In this document: piece by piece, positions 1 through 13,528 of the stretch
How the letters are laid out: each line of letters opens with the position of its first letter
How positions within the stretch are numbered: position 1 is the stretch's first letter
Source: an uncultured Actinomycetes bacterium
Lineage (GTDB): Bacteria > Actinomycetota > UBA4738 > HRBIN12
Length of the DNA: 64,000 nucleotides
Assembly (NCBI GenBank): GCA_963704885.1
Contig: CAVPIB010000004.1
Coordinates: forward strand, 576,001-640,000
Direction of reading: 5' to 3'
Position numbers and translations under genes: made by a program
Notes under the pieces: model-generated
Databases searched by the model: none
Seen by the model: only the letters and a program-made list of their open reading frames with translations
Told to the model about the DNA's origin: nothing

Positions 1-1317
1 TTGGTTCTCGGCGAGCACCTCGTCGGCTATCGCGCCAAGGGCACCCGGATCCGATACCTGGCGAAGGCCCCGCCGCTCCACGATCGCGTCGATCGCCTCG
101 CCGGTCTCGACGACGTCTTCCAAGACCTGCTTGGCTCCGGAGCCCGAGATGGTGCCCTCGGCGAGCCAAGCCAGCAGGTCCACCAGATGCTCCGGCGTCA
201 CGTTCGAGGCCGCGGGATCCACCCCGTGCTTGTTGAGCAGTCCCGCCAGATCCTGCGTGATCCAGTTCGCGGCCTCGCGCGCAGGAGCTCCCAGTTCGAT
301 GGTCCGCTCGAAGAGGTCGGTCCATGCGCGATCGGCCACGAGGACGCGAGCCACGTCGGACCGAAGGTCGAGCTCTCGCTCGTAGCGCTCTCGGCGGGCG
401 CGCGGCAGCTCGGGGAGCGTCGCCCGGATCTCCTCCACCCACGCCCGATCTGGATGGAGCGGCGGGATATCCGGCTCCGGGAAGTAGCGATAGTCGAACG
501 CCTCCTCCTTGGAGCGCAACGACTTGGTGCCGCCCGCGTCCTCGTCCCAATGGCGGGTCTCCTGGACGATCGTCTCTTCGTTCTCGAGCGCCTTGGTCTG
601 CCGTTCGATCTCGAAGGCGAGCGCCCGCTCGAGTGACCGGATCGAGTTCATGTTCTTGATCTCGACCTTGGTGCCGAGGGCGTCGGCGCCTTCTGGGCGG
701 AGCGAGATGTTGGCATCGCAGCGGAGCGACCCCTCCTCCATCCGAACGTCCGACACGTCGAGAGACTCGAGCGTGGCGCGGAGCTCCCGCAGGTAGGCCC
801 CCGCCTCTTCGGGCGAACGCATGTCGGGCTCGCTAACGCACTCGACGAGCGGCACGCCTGCACGGTTGAAGTCGACCAGCGCGAACTCGGCCTCGTGGAT
901 CCGGCCCGAGGCGCTGCCGTGCGTGGTCTTGCCCGTGTCCTCCTCCATATGGACGCGGGTTATCCCGATCCGCCGCGTCTCGCCGTTCACGTCGACGTCC
1001 AGATGGCCGCCCACGCAGATCGGCAGGTCGTACTGGCTGATCTGGAAGTTCTTCGGCATGTCCGGGTAGAAGTAGTTCTTCCTGTGGAACAGCGAATCGG
1101 GCGCGATCGTGCAGTCGAGCGCCAACCCGATCTTCACGATCGACGCGATGGCCTCGCGGTTCGGCACGGGCAGCGAACCGGGGTGTCCCAGGCACACGGG
1201 ACAGGCGTTGGTGTTTGGTTCGGCCCCGAACTCGTTGCGGCAACCGCAGAACATCTTGGTCCGTGTTGAGAGCTCGACGTGGCACTCCAGGCCGATGACG
1301 GTCTCCCATGCGGTCAT
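1..1317 (-). CDS. gatB: Asp-tRNA(Asn)/Glu-tRNA(Gln) amidotransferase subunit B (3' end runs off the window)
   Basis: Manual translation MTAWETVIGLECHVELSTRTKMFC...RKNYFYPDMPKNFQISQY...HMEEDTGK...DYRYFPEPD; absent from the ORF track because there is no stop in the window. Confidence 0.97.
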   Translation of the reverse strand, partial: MTAWETVIGLECHVELSTRTKMFCGCRNEFGAEPNTNACPVCLGHPGSLPVPNREAIASIVKIGLALDCTIAPDSLFHRKNYFYPDMPKNFQISQYDLPICVGGHLDVDVNGETRRIGITRVHMEEDTGKTTHGSASGRIHEAEFALVDFNRAGVPLVECVSEPDMRSPEEAGAYLRELRATLESLDVSDVRMEEGSLRCDANISLRPEGADALGTKVEIKNMNSIRSLERALAFEIERQTKALENEETIVQETRHWDEDAGGTKSLRSKEEAFDYRYFPEPDIPPLHPDRAWVEEIRATLPELPRARRERYERELDLRSDVARVLVADRAWTDLFERTIELGAPAREAANWITQDLAGLLNKHGVDPAASNVTPEHLVDLLAWLAEGTISGSGAKQVLEDVVETGEAIDAIVERRGLRQVSDPGALGAIADEVLAENQ

Positions 1318-1379
1318 ATCGAGGCAGCTTATCGAAGACCGCTCCGGGGGCTTCGCCCTCGGCCTCCTATCATCGTGAG

Positions 1380-2432
1380 ATGCCCGGTCACGGCTCCGAT
1401 CCGCCCACCGCCCACCCCAGGATGGTCTGGGCTGCGCTGGGAGCCGTCTACGTGATCTGGAGCACCACCTATCTCGCGATCCGCGTCGTGAACGAGACCC
1501 TCCCACCTCTCCTGGCGACCGCGATCAGGTTCCTGGTCGCCGGGAGCGTGCTGTACGCGATCGCGATCAGGACCGGCGACCGCCTGGCGGACCGGCCGGG
1601 TCCCCGGCAATGGCGCGCCGCGGCCATCGTCGGCACGCTGCTGATGTTCTGCGGGAACGGCGGCGTTGTCGTGGCCGAACTGACGATCCCGAGCGGCGTC
1701 GCGGCGCTGGTGATCGCCACCGTTCCCCTGTGGATGGTGACGATCGATCGGGTGGTCTATCACCACCGGCAGCCGTTCGCGGTGCTGGTCGGCCTCCTCC
1801 TGGGATTCGCCGGCGCCGCGATCCTGGTCGGAGGGTCGATCGCGGGACACGTCGACGCCCGCGGTGTGCTGCTCGTCGTGGGGGCAGCGATCTGCTGGGC
1901 GTCTGGGTCTCTGTATCAGCGCCACGCGCCGCTCCCCAGGCGCCCGTTCGTCGGAGCGGGCATGCAGATGCTCGTCGCGGCCGCCTTGTTCGTGGTCGTC
2001 GGCGTCTCTACCGGAGAGCTCGGTCGGATCGACGCCTCATCGTTCTCGCGCGCGTCGATCCTCGCGCTCGGCTACCTGATCGTCTTCGGTTCGTGGATCG
2101 GCTTCACGTCCTACCTCTGGCTCTTGCGGAACACACGGACCTCGCTCGTCTCCACCTACGCCTACGTGACACCGGTCGGCGCCGTGCTGCTTGGCGTCGT
2201 GTTCCTGAACGAGACGATCACCCTGCGGACCGTGGTCGCCGGGGCGCTCATCGTGATCGCGGTGGCCATCATCATCACGGCCGGAGGTACGGCGCGAGCG
2301 TCAGACCCCGGCCAGGAGCGGGGGGCGGAGCTCGAGACCGAGGGCGGCCTCGAGCGCGTGAGCGGCTCGGAGGAGCGTGGGTTCGGCCAGGACGGGCGCG
2401 GTGAGCTGCAGGCCGATGGGGAGCCCGCCTGA
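1380..2432 (+). CDS. EamA/DMT family transporter
   Basis: About 10 hydrophobic segments; VYVIWSTTYLAIR, YLIVFGSWIGFTSYLWLL and STYAYVTPVGAVLLG motifs; C-terminal tail overlaps the gatA 3' end. Confidence 0.9.
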   Translation: MPGHGSDPPTAHPRMVWAALGAVYVIWSTTYLAIRVVNETLPPLLATAIRFLVAGSVLYAIAIRTGDRLADRPGPRQWRAAAIVGTLLMFCGNGGVVVAELTIPSGVAALVIATVPLWMVTIDRVVYHHRQPFAVLVGLLLGFAGAAILVGGSIAGHVDARGVLLVVGAAICWASGSLYQRHAPLPRRPFVGAGMQMLVAAALFVVVGVSTGELGRIDASSFSRASILALGYLIVFGSWIGFTSYLWLLRNTRTSLVSTYAYVTPVGAVLLGVVFLNETITLRTVVAGALIVIAVAIIITAGGTARASDPGQERGAELETEGGLERVSGSEERGFGQDGRGELQADGEPA

Positions 2433-3776
2433 GTCGAGTCCGCAAGGAACGCTGATCGCCGGGACGCCGGCGAGGTTCGCGGGGATCGTGAACACGTCAG
2501 ACAGATACATCGCGAGCGGGTCATCAGCGCGCTCCCCGATCCGGAACGCGGTGGTCGGGGATGTCGGCGACACCAGCAGGTCGAAGTCCGCGAACGCCTC
2601 TTCGTAGTCGCGGATCATGAGGGTGCGGACCTTCTGTGCCTGGCCGTAGTAGGCCTCGTAGTAGCCGGCCGAAAGCGCATACGTCCCGAGCATGATCCGT
2701 CGCTTCACCTCGGCGCCGAACCCCTGCCCGCGTGTGGCGGACATCATGGCGATGGAGTCGGCGTGTTCACCCTCTGCGCGCAGGCCGTAGCGCACGCCGT
2801 CGAAGCGAGCCAGGTTCGACGACGCCTCGGATGGCGCTATCAGGTAGTACGCGCTGAGCGCGTAGTCGGCGTGGGGTAGGGTCACCTCTCCCACCTGCGC
2901 GCCGAGCGACGACAGCAGATCGACGGACGAGCGGATCGCATCCCTCACGTCCGGCTGGACGCCATCTCCGAACGTTCCCGAGACGACCCCGACGCGGAGC
3001 CCGGCCACGCCGGTCATCAGATCCGCGAGGTAGTCGGGGACCTCGGCCTCCAAGCTGGTCGCGTCGTGATGGTCCTTGCCCGCGAGCACGCCCAGCAGGA
3101 CGGCGGCGTCGCGCACTCTCCGCGTGAACGTCCCCACCGTGTCGAGCGAAGACGCGAACGCGACCAGCCCGTAGCGACTGATGCGCCCATACGTCGGCTT
3201 GAGTCCGACCACGCCGCTCAGCGAGGCCGGTTGCCGGACGGATCCTCCGGTGTCGGTCCCGAGCGCCCAGACCACCTCACCGGCGGCCACCGCTGCGGCG
3301 CTCCCGCCGGACGAGCCGCCCGGCACGGTATCCAGGTCCCAGGGGTTGTGAACGGGACCGTACGCGGAGTTCTCGTTCGACGAGCCCATCGCGAACTCGT
3401 CGCAGTTCGTCTTACCGACCAGTACGGCCCCCGCGCCCGATAAGCGCGTCCACGCCGTGCAGTCGTACGGTGGCACGTACTCCTCGAGGATCCTCGAGCC
3501 GCAGGTCGTGCGGATCCCGTTCGTGGCCAGGACGTCCTTCAGGGCGATCGGGATGCCGGCGACGGGCGACTGCGGCGCCCCCGTCGCGGAGTGCACGTCC
3601 ACGGCCGCGGCGCGCTCGCGCGCCACCTCAGGGGTGAGGGTCAGGAAGGCCTTCACCCGATCGTCGACCGCGTCTATCCGATGGAGAGATGCCTCGGTGA
3701 GCTCGGCCGACGAGAGCTCGCCGTTGCGGAGCTGTTCGGCCAGCTCGGAGCCCGTCCGGTCGTTCGCGTCGCTCAC
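2301..3776 (-). CDS. gatA: Glu-tRNA(Gln) amidotransferase subunit A
   Basis: Amidase signature GKTNCDEFAMGSS, PGGSSGGSAAA, GTDTGGSVRQPAS; EVKRRIMLGTYALS. Confidence 0.97.
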   Translation of the reverse strand: MSDANDRTGSELAEQLRNGELSSAELTEASLHRIDAVDDRVKAFLTLTPEVARERAAAVDVHSATGAPQSPVAGIPIALKDVLATNGIRTTCGSRILEEYVPPYDCTAWTRLSGAGAVLVGKTNCDEFAMGSSNENSAYGPVHNPWDLDTVPGGSSGGSAAAVAAGEVVWALGTDTGGSVRQPASLSGVVGLKPTYGRISRYGLVAFASSLDTVGTFTRRVRDAAVLLGVLAGKDHHDATSLEAEVPDYLADLMTGVAGLRVGVVSGTFGDGVQPDVRDAIRSSVDLLSSLGAQVGEVTLPHADYALSAYYLIAPSEASSNLARFDGVRYGLRAEGEHADSIAMMSATRGQGFGAEVKRRIMLGTYALSAGYYEAYYGQAQKVRTLMIRDYEEAFADFDLLVSPTSPTTAFRIGERADDPLAMYLSDVFTIPANLAGVPAISVPCGLDSGGLPIGLQLTAPVLAEPTLLRAAHALEAALGLELRPPLLAGV

Positions 3777-4066
3777 GAGCCGGTCTCAGCGATACGCGTG
3801 ACCTTGAAACGGCCACCCTCCGCGTCGGGTGCGTTCGCCAGGGCGGCCGCTTGCGTCAGACTCGGCTGAGGTTCGTCCTCACGAAGCACGTTCGAACGCG
3901 GGATGGCCCATGCGGTCGGCGGGACATCGGCGGCCGCCACCTCTCCCACCTTGGCCGCGTGCTCCAGGATCAAGCTCAGCTGGGTCCGAAGACGCTTCTT
4001 CTCGTCGTCGGATAGGTCAAGACGCGCGAGTCGTGCGACGTGATCGATGTCTATCTCAACCGGCAT
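3773..4066 (-). CDS. gatC: Glu-tRNA(Gln) amidotransferase subunit C
   Basis: IDHVARLARL...NVLRED...ALANAP; directly upstream of gatA with a 4-nt overlap. Confidence 0.95.
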   Translation of the reverse strand: MPVEIDIDHVARLARLDLSDDEKKRLRTQLSLILEHAAKVGEVAAADVPPTAWAIPRSNVLREDEPQPSLTQAAALANAPDAEGGRFKVTRIAETGS

Positions 4067-4073
4067 GGAGCGG

Positions 4074-6772
<2,699 letters not shown>

Positions 6773-6844
6773 CGAGCCTCGACCTCCTCCTTCCGACCCG
6801 GGATGACCCGATGATAGTCCGGGCGAGGGACGAGGCCCCTGGGC

Positions 6845-7237
6845 TTAGCTGCTCAGGACGGCGTCGACCGCAGCCTGGTCCTCGTTGAACGCCCAGAACT
6901 CCGTCATCTTCCCGTCGCCCACGTGGAACACCTGGACCTGGCGTCCGTTGGCCGAGTTGGAGCCCTTGGTGATCGTCGCGTCCACCATCGCCACCACGTG
7001 CTCGTCGTTCCCGACCACGTCGTGGATCTCGAAGCTCAGAACCACGCCCTCCTGCGCGAAACGACCCATACGGGCCATCGTATCCGCCTTGCCTGTGAAC
7101 GTTCCGGCGTACGGGTTGCTCCCCGGGGCGTGCCAAACGACATCGTCGGCGATCATCGCGGTGAACGTAGCGATGTCGCCTTTGACGAACGCTTCGATCC
7201 CCGCGCGCGCGGCAGCGACGTTCGGATGCTCGGACAT
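6845..7237 (-). CDS. SnoaL-like/NTF2-like protein
   Basis: 130 aa; ADDVVWHAPG...GTFTGK...QVFHVGDGKMTEFW; GGGGAGG RBS. Confidence 0.85.
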   Translation of the reverse strand: MSEHPNVAAARAGIEAFVKGDIATFTAMIADDVVWHAPGSNPYAGTFTGKADTMARMGRFAQEGVVLSFEIHDVVGNDEHVVAMVDATITKGSNSANGRQVQVFHVGDGKMTEFWAFNEDQAAVDAVLSS

Positions 7238-7306
7238 ATCCCCTCCCCTTGAGACGGCGGACAGGATCTGAGCCTGACACCGCGCTCATCGGGCGCAAGA
7301 GGTGGT

Positions 7307-8389
7307 TCAGCGCAACGCTTCGACGATCCGTCCTCCGCCGAGAACCTCGTCTCCCCGGTAGACGACGGCGCTCTGACCCGGAGCGACCGCCCGTTGAGGC
7401 GCGCGGAACTCAACCCGGAACCGGTCATCGGGGAGCGGTTCGATCACAGCCGGCGCGCGGTCGCCCCGATAACGGATCCGGACCTCGCCTTCGAAGGCGC
7501 CGCCGGTCGGGGGTGAGCCCGCGACCCATGACGAGCGGTCGGCGACCAGACCACGTCGCGACAGGAGCTCCCGCGGCCCAACCACGACTCGGCGCGAGGG
7601 CGCGTCGACGTCCAACACGTAGGCGGGGACGCCGAGCACGATCCCCAGCCCCCGCCGCTGACCCACGGTGAACGCAGCGATACCCTGGTGCTCGCCCAGG
7701 ACGCGACCGTCCGGATCGACGATCTCGCCGCGGTGAGCCAGGTGCGGCGCGAGGGCGTGGACGAAGGCCCCCGCGTCGCCCGAGGGCGCGAAGCAGAGCT
7801 CCTGGGAATCGGGTTTCGACGCAACCGGCAGCCCGAATCGCTCGGCCAGCGCGCGGGTCTCAGACTTGGGCAGGTGGCCTACCGAGAACAGCGATCGCGC
7901 GAGCTGCTGCTGCCCGAGCATATGAAGCATGTAGCTCTGATCCTTCGCCCGGTCGGCTCCGCTGCGGAGGTGCCACGCGCCCTCGTGGTCCTTAGTCGTC
8001 CGCACGTAGTGGCCGGTCGCCACGAAGTCCACGCCCATCTCGTCGGCGCGCCGAAGGAAGGCCCCGAACTTGATCTCACCGTTGCATCGAGCGCAGGGGT
8101 TCGGGGTCCGCCCGGCTTCGTGCTCCGAGACGAAGTCATCGATCACGGCCCCCGCGAACTCGAGGGAAAGGTCGACGATCTCGAACGGGAACCCCGCGAT
8201 CCGGGCGACCTCGGCCGCATCGGCGCGCGCCACCGGCCCGCAACATCCGTGCTCGACCCCGTCGAGGTGCACCAGGTTCATATGGGATCCGACCACGTCG
8301 TATCCCTGTTCCTGGAGCAGGCAGGCCGCGACCGACGAGTCGACCCCACCCGACATCGCGACCAGCACGGACCCCTTCGAGGCACTCAC
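7307..8389 (-). CDS. mnmA: tRNA 2-thiouridine synthase
   Basis: AMSGGVDSS, GRTPNPCARCN, ATGHY, KDQSY, DSQELCF, FTVGQRRGL; start inferred. Confidence 0.96.
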   Translation of the reverse strand: MSASKGSVLVAMSGGVDSSVAACLLQEQGYDVVGSHMNLVHLDGVEHGCCGPVARADAAEVARIAGFPFEIVDLSLEFAGAVIDDFVSEHEAGRTPNPCARCNGEIKFGAFLRRADEMGVDFVATGHYVRTTKDHEGAWHLRSGADRAKDQSYMLHMLGQQQLARSLFSVGHLPKSETRALAERFGLPVASKPDSQELCFAPSGDAGAFVHALAPHLAHRGEIVDPDGRVLGEHQGIAAFTVGQRRGLGIVLGVPAYVLDVDAPSRRVVVGPRELLSRRGLVADRSSWVAGSPPTGGAFEGEVRIRYRGDRAPAVIEPLPDDRFRVEFRAPQRAVAPGQSAVVYRGDEVLGGGRIVEALR

Positions 8390-8402
8390 GCGTTCGAGGC
8401 TA

Positions 8403-9065
8403 TCAAGGCCTGGTGGCCCAGCCGAGGATGTGCGGCTTCGCCAGCATCGCTCCAGGTTCGTCGAAACGTTCGACCTCCTGGAGCTTGAACCCCGCGAGAC
8501 CGATCGCCGCGAGCGTTCCGCGATTGGGGTGGCACCCTCCTCCGAACCATCCCCACGGGCGCTCGAACCGATCCTGACGGCGCGCCAACCGAGCGTTCTC
8601 CGACCGCACGTGCTCGAAGAACAGGAGCCTGCCACCCGGCTTCAGGATCCGCCGGGCCTCGACCAGCGCAGCGTGCATATCGAACACCGAGCACAAGACG
8701 AGCGACATCACCACGGTGTCGACCGAGGCTTCCTCGATCGGCAACGCATCAGCTGGGGCACGCTTCAGCCGCACCGGGACGGACGCATCTGGCAGCGCAG
8801 CGACGAGGTACCGGAACATGGACCGGTCGGGCTCCACTGCGATCACTTCGGCCACCGTGGATGGGTAGTACCGCAGGTTCAGCCCGGTCCCGGCTCCGAC
8901 CTCGACCGTCCTGCCGGTCGCGCGCAGCAGGAGCTCGCGACGGTGTTCTGCCGTGCCATGCCGATCCATGCGTGGACCGAGCTTCGCGTAGCCCCAGGCG
9001 AAGACCGGGTGACCGCGATCGGTCACGGGGTCAAGGCTTCCAGCACGACGTCGAAGACCACCCAT
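8403..9065 (-). CDS. Class I SAM-dependent methyltransferase
   Basis: VEVGAGTGLN motif I, LVLCSV, RILKPGGRLLFFEHVR, GGCHPNR. Confidence 0.88.
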   Translation of the reverse strand: MGGLRRRAGSLDPVTDRGHPVFAWGYAKLGPRMDRHGTAEHRRELLLRATGRTVEVGAGTGLNLRYYPSTVAEVIAVEPDRSMFRYLVAALPDASVPVRLKRAPADALPIEEASVDTVVMSLVLCSVFDMHAALVEARRILKPGGRLLFFEHVRSENARLARRQDRFERPWGWFGGGCHPNRGTLAAIGLAGFKLQEVERFDEPGAMLAKPHILGWATRP

Positions 9066-9176
9066 GAGCTCCTTCCGAGGGAAGACCGAACGGTCCGCCC
9101 AAGGCTATCGCGCGGAAACACGATGCCGCTACAGGCCCAGGTCGATGGTTCGCGCCGCCCGCTATCCTCGGGCGTC

Positions 9177-9938
9177 ATGGACGTCGTGGTGCTCGTGAAG
9201 TCGATCCCAGATCCCAACGGGGACGCGCCGCTCGACGCCGACTTCTTGGTCAAGCGCGACGGCGAAGGGACGCTCGACCCCGGCGACGAGTTCGCCCTTG
9301 AGGCCGCCCTTCAGCTCGCGGAGGGCTCGGACGGCGAGGTCTCGGTGGTCTCGATGGGTCCCGCCGGGGCCGTGTCGGCCATCCGCCGGGCGCTCTCGAT
9401 GGGGGCCGATCGTGCCGTGCTCGTGACCGACGACGCGCTCCGCAGCTCCGATGTCCTCGCGACCGCCCGGGTGCTGTCGTCCGCCGTTCGGCGTGCTCCT
9501 TTCGACCTGGTGCTCGCGGGCGTGGAATCCACGGACGGATACACGGGCACGCTGCCGATGACGGTCGCGGAGCTGCTCGGCCTTCCTGCGGTCACGTTCG
9601 CTCGAAGGTTGGACGTCGCCGATGGGCGAGCGCGCGTAGAGCGACAGACCGAGGCCGGCTACGACGTCGTCGAGTGCCCGCTCCCCGTCCTGGTAACGGT
9701 GACCGCCGGCGCGACCGAGCCACGCTATCCGACCTTGAAGGGCATCATGGGTGCGAAGGCCAAGCCGCTCGAGGAGTTGACGCTCGCCGACCTCGGGCTC
9801 TCGGCCGCCGACATCGCTCCGACCCAGCGGGTGACGGGCGTGGAACCGGCTCCGGAGAAGGACGCCGGACGGGTCGTCCAAGCCGAGGGGGCGTCGTCCG
9901 TCATCGCCGACCTCCTTGCCGAGGCGAAGGTGATCTGA
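9177..9938 (+). CDS. etfB: Electron transfer flavoprotein beta subunit
   Basis: VVVLVKSIPD, DEFALEAAL, ALSMGADRAV, EPRYPTLKGIM. Confidence 0.94.
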   Translation: MDVVVLVKSIPDPNGDAPLDADFLVKRDGEGTLDPGDEFALEAALQLAEGSDGEVSVVSMGPAGAVSAIRRALSMGADRAVLVTDDALRSSDVLATARVLSSAVRRAPFDLVLAGVESTDGYTGTLPMTVAELLGLPAVTFARRLDVADGRARVERQTEAGYDVVECPLPVLVTVTAGATEPRYPTLKGIMGAKAKPLEELTLADLGLSAADIAPTQRVTGVEPAPEKDAGRVVQAEGASSVIADLLAEAKVI

Positions 9939-9939
9939 G

Positions 9940-10902
9940 GTGACGAAGGTATGGGTCTTCGCCGAGGTCGGCGCCGACGGGGCGGGTCCCGCGGCCCTCG
10001 AGCTCCTCACGAAAGCGCGCACACTGGGCGACGTGGTCGAGGCGGTTGCACTCGGCCCCGGGGCGATCGACGCCGCCCCCACCCTGGGCGATCACGGCGC
10101 GCGAACCGTATACGCGAGTGACGACCCCGTCTACGCCGACCACCTGGCGCAGCCGGCCGCACACGCGCTCCACGTGCTCGTTCAGGAGCACCATCCCGAC
10201 CTGATCATGTTCGCCACGAGTTACACCTCGCGCGACGTGGCCGGCAGGCTGCAGGCGAAGACCGGCTCCACGCTCATGAGCAACGCGATCGACCTGCTCG
10301 ACGCCGAGCACGCGCGTACCCAGATCGCCGGAGGGTCCCTCTTCGTCGGTGTAGCACTGGAGGGGCCAGCACCCCGTCTCGTCTTGGTGCGCCCGAAGTC
10401 GTTCGCGGCCGAGCCCAGCGGTGGCACGGCGACAGTCGTCCCCGTAGACGTGGAGATCCCCGACGAGATGAAGACGGCGCGCCGGGTCGAGCATCACGAG
10501 GAGTCATCGTCCGGACCCAAGCTCGAGGAAGCCAAGGTGATCGTCTCCGGCGGCCGCGGATTGCAGGACGCCGCGAACTTCGGCTTGATCGAGCAGCTCG
10601 CATCCGCGCTCGGGAACGCGGCGGTCGGCGCCAGCCGCGCGGTCGTCGACGCGGGCTGGGTGCCGTACAGCTACCAGATCGGACAGACGGGTAAGACCGT
10701 GAAGCCCGACGTCTACATCGCCGTGGGGATCAGCGGCGCCCTCCAGCACATCGTGGGCATGAAAGGATCCAAGACCATCATCGCGATCAACAAGGACCCC
10801 GACGCCCCGATCTTCCGGCTTGCCGATCTCGGCGTCGTGGCCGACGCGCTCCAACTCCTGCCGGCCCTCATCGACGAGGTCAAGTCCCGCAAGGGCGCGT
10901 GA
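9940..10902 (+). CDS. etfA: Electron transfer flavoprotein alpha subunit
   Basis: [37 protein letters not shown]. Confidence 0.96.
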   Translation: MTKVWVFAEVGADGAGPAALELLTKARTLGDVVEAVALGPGAIDAAPTLGDHGARTVYASDDPVYADHLAQPAAHALHVLVQEHHPDLIMFATSYTSRDVAGRLQAKTGSTLMSNAIDLLDAEHARTQIAGGSLFVGVALEGPAPRLVLVRPKSFAAEPSGGTATVVPVDVEIPDEMKTARRVEHHEESSSGPKLEEAKVIVSGGRGLQDAANFGLIEQLASALGNAAVGASRAVVDAGWVPYSYQIGQTGKTVKPDVYIAVGISGALQHIVGMKGSKTIIAINKDPDAPIFRLADLGVVADALQLLPALIDEVKSRKGA

Positions 10903-12665
10903 TCGAGGCCCGGTTCGACGACCTGACGGGCGCCTCCCCGTCGTTCCGCCTGACCGAGCCCGTCGGCGTACTCGAGGCAACCCGCCCGAACGAGGTGGCG
11001 CCCACCATCGCGGCGGCGGAGGGCGCCGCCACGAGGGGTCTGTGGGCCGCGGGTTTCCTCGCCTACGAGGCCGCCCCCGGCCTGGACCCTGCACTCGAGG
11101 TCCGCTCGCGCGCCGTCGATGATCCCTTCGCCCGCCTGCCGCTGGCGTGGTTCGCCATGTTCGAACGTCGGGAGGAGACGGTCCTACCGTCGCCCAAGGA
11201 CGATACGCCGCAGGACGCGAACGCCTGGCAACCCTCGGTCGACAGGGACCACTATGACGAAGCGATCGCACGGATCCGCGAGCACATCGTGGCCGGCGAC
11301 ACGTATCAGGTGAACCACACACTCAGGCTTCGATCGACCGTTCGCGGGGACGAGCGAGGGCTCTACCGTGACCTGTGCTTCGCCCAACGGGGCGCTCACT
11401 CGGCCTACCTGAACACCGGCCGATACCGCGTGCTCTCAGCCTCGCCCGAGCTGTTCTTCCGCGTGGAAGGTGATCGCCTGACGACCCGGCCCATGAAGGG
11501 GACAGCGCCTCGTGGCCGGTGGTCGGATGAGGACCAGGAGATCCGCGAGGCGCTGACCTCGTCGGTCAAGGAGCGGGCAGAGAACGCCATGATCGTGGAC
11601 CTGCTCCGCAACGACCTCGGCCGGATCTCCCGGACCGGGAGCGTCGAGTGGTCCAAGGTGTTCGAGCCCGAGCGCTTCGAGACCGTCTGGCAGCTCACGT
11701 CCACGATCTCGTCCACGCTCGGAGCTGGGGTAGGGCTCCTCGACGTCTTCCGAGCCCTGTTCCCCTGCGGCTCGGTGACCGGCGCGCCCAAGGTCCGGAC
11801 CATGCAGCTGATCGCCGAGCTGGAGGACTCGCCCCGGGGCGCGTACTGCGGGGCGGTCGGCTACCTGGCGCCCACGGCCGCGGGCCCACCCACCGCGTCC
11901 TTCAACGTCCCGATCCGGACGGTCATGGTGGACGCGGAGAGCGGCGTCGCGGAGTACGGCGTGGGCGGCGGCATCACGTTCGACTCGTCGGCATCCGGTG
12001 AGTTCGACGAGACGGTCGCGAAGGCGCGCGTGCTCACGGCTCGGCGTCCGTCCTTCGAGCTGCTCGAGACCATGCGTCGCGATCCCGGCGAGCCGATCCG
12101 CCGGCTACGGCAGCATCTCGACCGGCTCGGCGCGTCCGCGGCCTACTTCGGGTTCGCGTTCGACCAGGAGGCCGTGCGCGCGCAGCTCGATGCAGCGGGC
12201 GAAGGCTCCAAACGCCCGGTTAGGGTCCGCCTACTTCTGACGCGGAGCGGAGGACTCGACATCGCCGTGACGCCGTTGGATCGCGGCGGCCCGGAGCCGC
12301 TACGCCTGGAGATGGACGACGTGCCGGTCGACCCCGCGGATGTCTTCCTGTTCCACAAGACGACGCTGCGACGCCGGTACGAGGAAGCGCGTGCCCGGCA
12401 TCCCGACGCCGACGATGTCCTGCTCGTCAACACGCGTGGCGAGATCACGGAGACGTCCGTCGCGAACGTGGCCGCCGAGCTTGACGGTCGGTGGTGGACC
12501 CCGCCGCTCGACGCCGGTCTGCTACCGGGAACCGAGAGGGCCGCGCTGCTCGCCGACGGCACGCTCCGGGAACGCTTCATCACCGTGGATGAGGCTCGTG
12601 AGGCTGAAGCCTTAGCGGTGTTCAACTCCTCCCGCGGCTGGCGGAGCGCTGAGCTTCCACCCTAG
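10899..12665 (+). CDS. pabB: Aminodeoxychorismate synthase component I fused to a class IV aminotransferase/ADC lyase domain
   Basis: [38 protein letters not shown]; C-terminal [22 protein letters not shown]. Confidence 0.92.
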   Translation: MIEARFDDLTGASPSFRLTEPVGVLEATRPNEVAPTIAAAEGAATRGLWAAGFLAYEAAPGLDPALEVRSRAVDDPFARLPLAWFAMFERREETVLPSPKDDTPQDANAWQPSVDRDHYDEAIARIREHIVAGDTYQVNHTLRLRSTVRGDERGLYRDLCFAQRGAHSAYLNTGRYRVLSASPELFFRVEGDRLTTRPMKGTAPRGRWSDEDQEIREALTSSVKERAENAMIVDLLRNDLGRISRTGSVEWSKVFEPERFETVWQLTSTISSTLGAGVGLLDVFRALFPCGSVTGAPKVRTMQLIAELEDSPRGAYCGAVGYLAPTAAGPPTASFNVPIRTVMVDAESGVAEYGVGGGITFDSSASGEFDETVAKARVLTARRPSFELLETMRRDPGEPIRRLRQHLDRLGASAAYFGFAFDQEAVRAQLDAAGEGSKRPVRVRLLLTRSGGLDIAVTPLDRGGPEPLRLEMDDVPVDPADVFLFHKTTLRRRYEEARARHPDADDVLLVNTRGEITETSVANVAAELDGRWWTPPLDAGLLPGTERAALLADGTLRERFITVDEAREAEALAVFNSSRGWRSAELPP

Positions 12666-12816
12666 GCGTCGGCACAGCAGTGGAGTTGGCGCCCAAGCTC
12701 CGGCGGCTGCAGTTCAGGACCAACAGCCACCTATCGCCGCGAGGTTCTCCATCGTGCTGGATTTCGACATGACCAACCGCGAGATCGCTGCGGCGGCACC
12801 CCACCTCATCGCGGGG

Positions 12817-13528
12817 CTAGTACGCGCCGTCGAATGTGTGTTTGTCGTGGGCTTCAAGCGTTCGCCGGAATTTGACGCCCAGGTCGTCAGCGAAGGGGGT
12901 GAGAACTACCACGCCGTCGCACATCGTCTGCCAAGCGTCGAGGTTGACCGGGTTAACAATGGGGCATATGTCTGGCGTTGTGAAGTGTCCACTGAACCCC
13001 GTGAAGTGCCCAAACTCGTGAGACGCCACTGAGTGGGCATCTATCTGCGCTGCTCCCGGGTCGCCGGTGCCCGTGTACCAGTTCTGGCCCGTGCTATCGA
13101 ACGACACCAGGGCGTACTTGATGTTCCCCTGAGAGTTCATACACGTGCCCGTTACACCGAAGGCCCCGATGCTGCGGTAGTAGACGACGTTCTCCTCCTG
13201 CATGTACGGGGCGCTTGCGCAATTGGCGGGCACCGAGTAGCCCTGTGCGTTATCCGTAGACAGCTTGGTGAACGTGAACGCGGTCGCCTGAACCGCGTTC
13301 CATTTTCCAGCGCCGTCCAGGACGCGCGTTCTGAATGCTCCCGTGGGGAAGCCCGTGTGGAACTTCCAGTTGATGATCGGCAGCGAGGCGGGACCCCACT
13401 TGGTCGGGTACCAGTTGGCGGCCGGATGGGCGTTGGCAACCCCTCCACCCAGGCCTAGCGAGAGTCCGAAGAACATCCCGAGGAGAGCCTGACGCAGTCA
13501 CGTGGTGGAGCCTCGTAGTTCGAATCAT
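12817..13528 (-). CDS. Secreted metzincin/matrixin-like zinc metalloprotease (probable indel near 13498; intact ORF 12817..13476)
   Basis: HEFGHFTGFSGH zinc motif and downstream QTMC Met-turn; removing one base joins MIRTTRLHHV to LRQALLGMFFGLSLGLGGGVANA, giving a signal peptide with an ATGA-coupled start. Confidence 0.7.

Noticed and set aside
8070-9938. 622-aa N-terminally extended EtfB
   Set aside because: The extension is antisense to mnmA and the methyltransferase; EtfB homology starts at 9177
10899-12665. PabB-ADC lyase fusion as a novelty
   Set aside because: Known, widespread architecture
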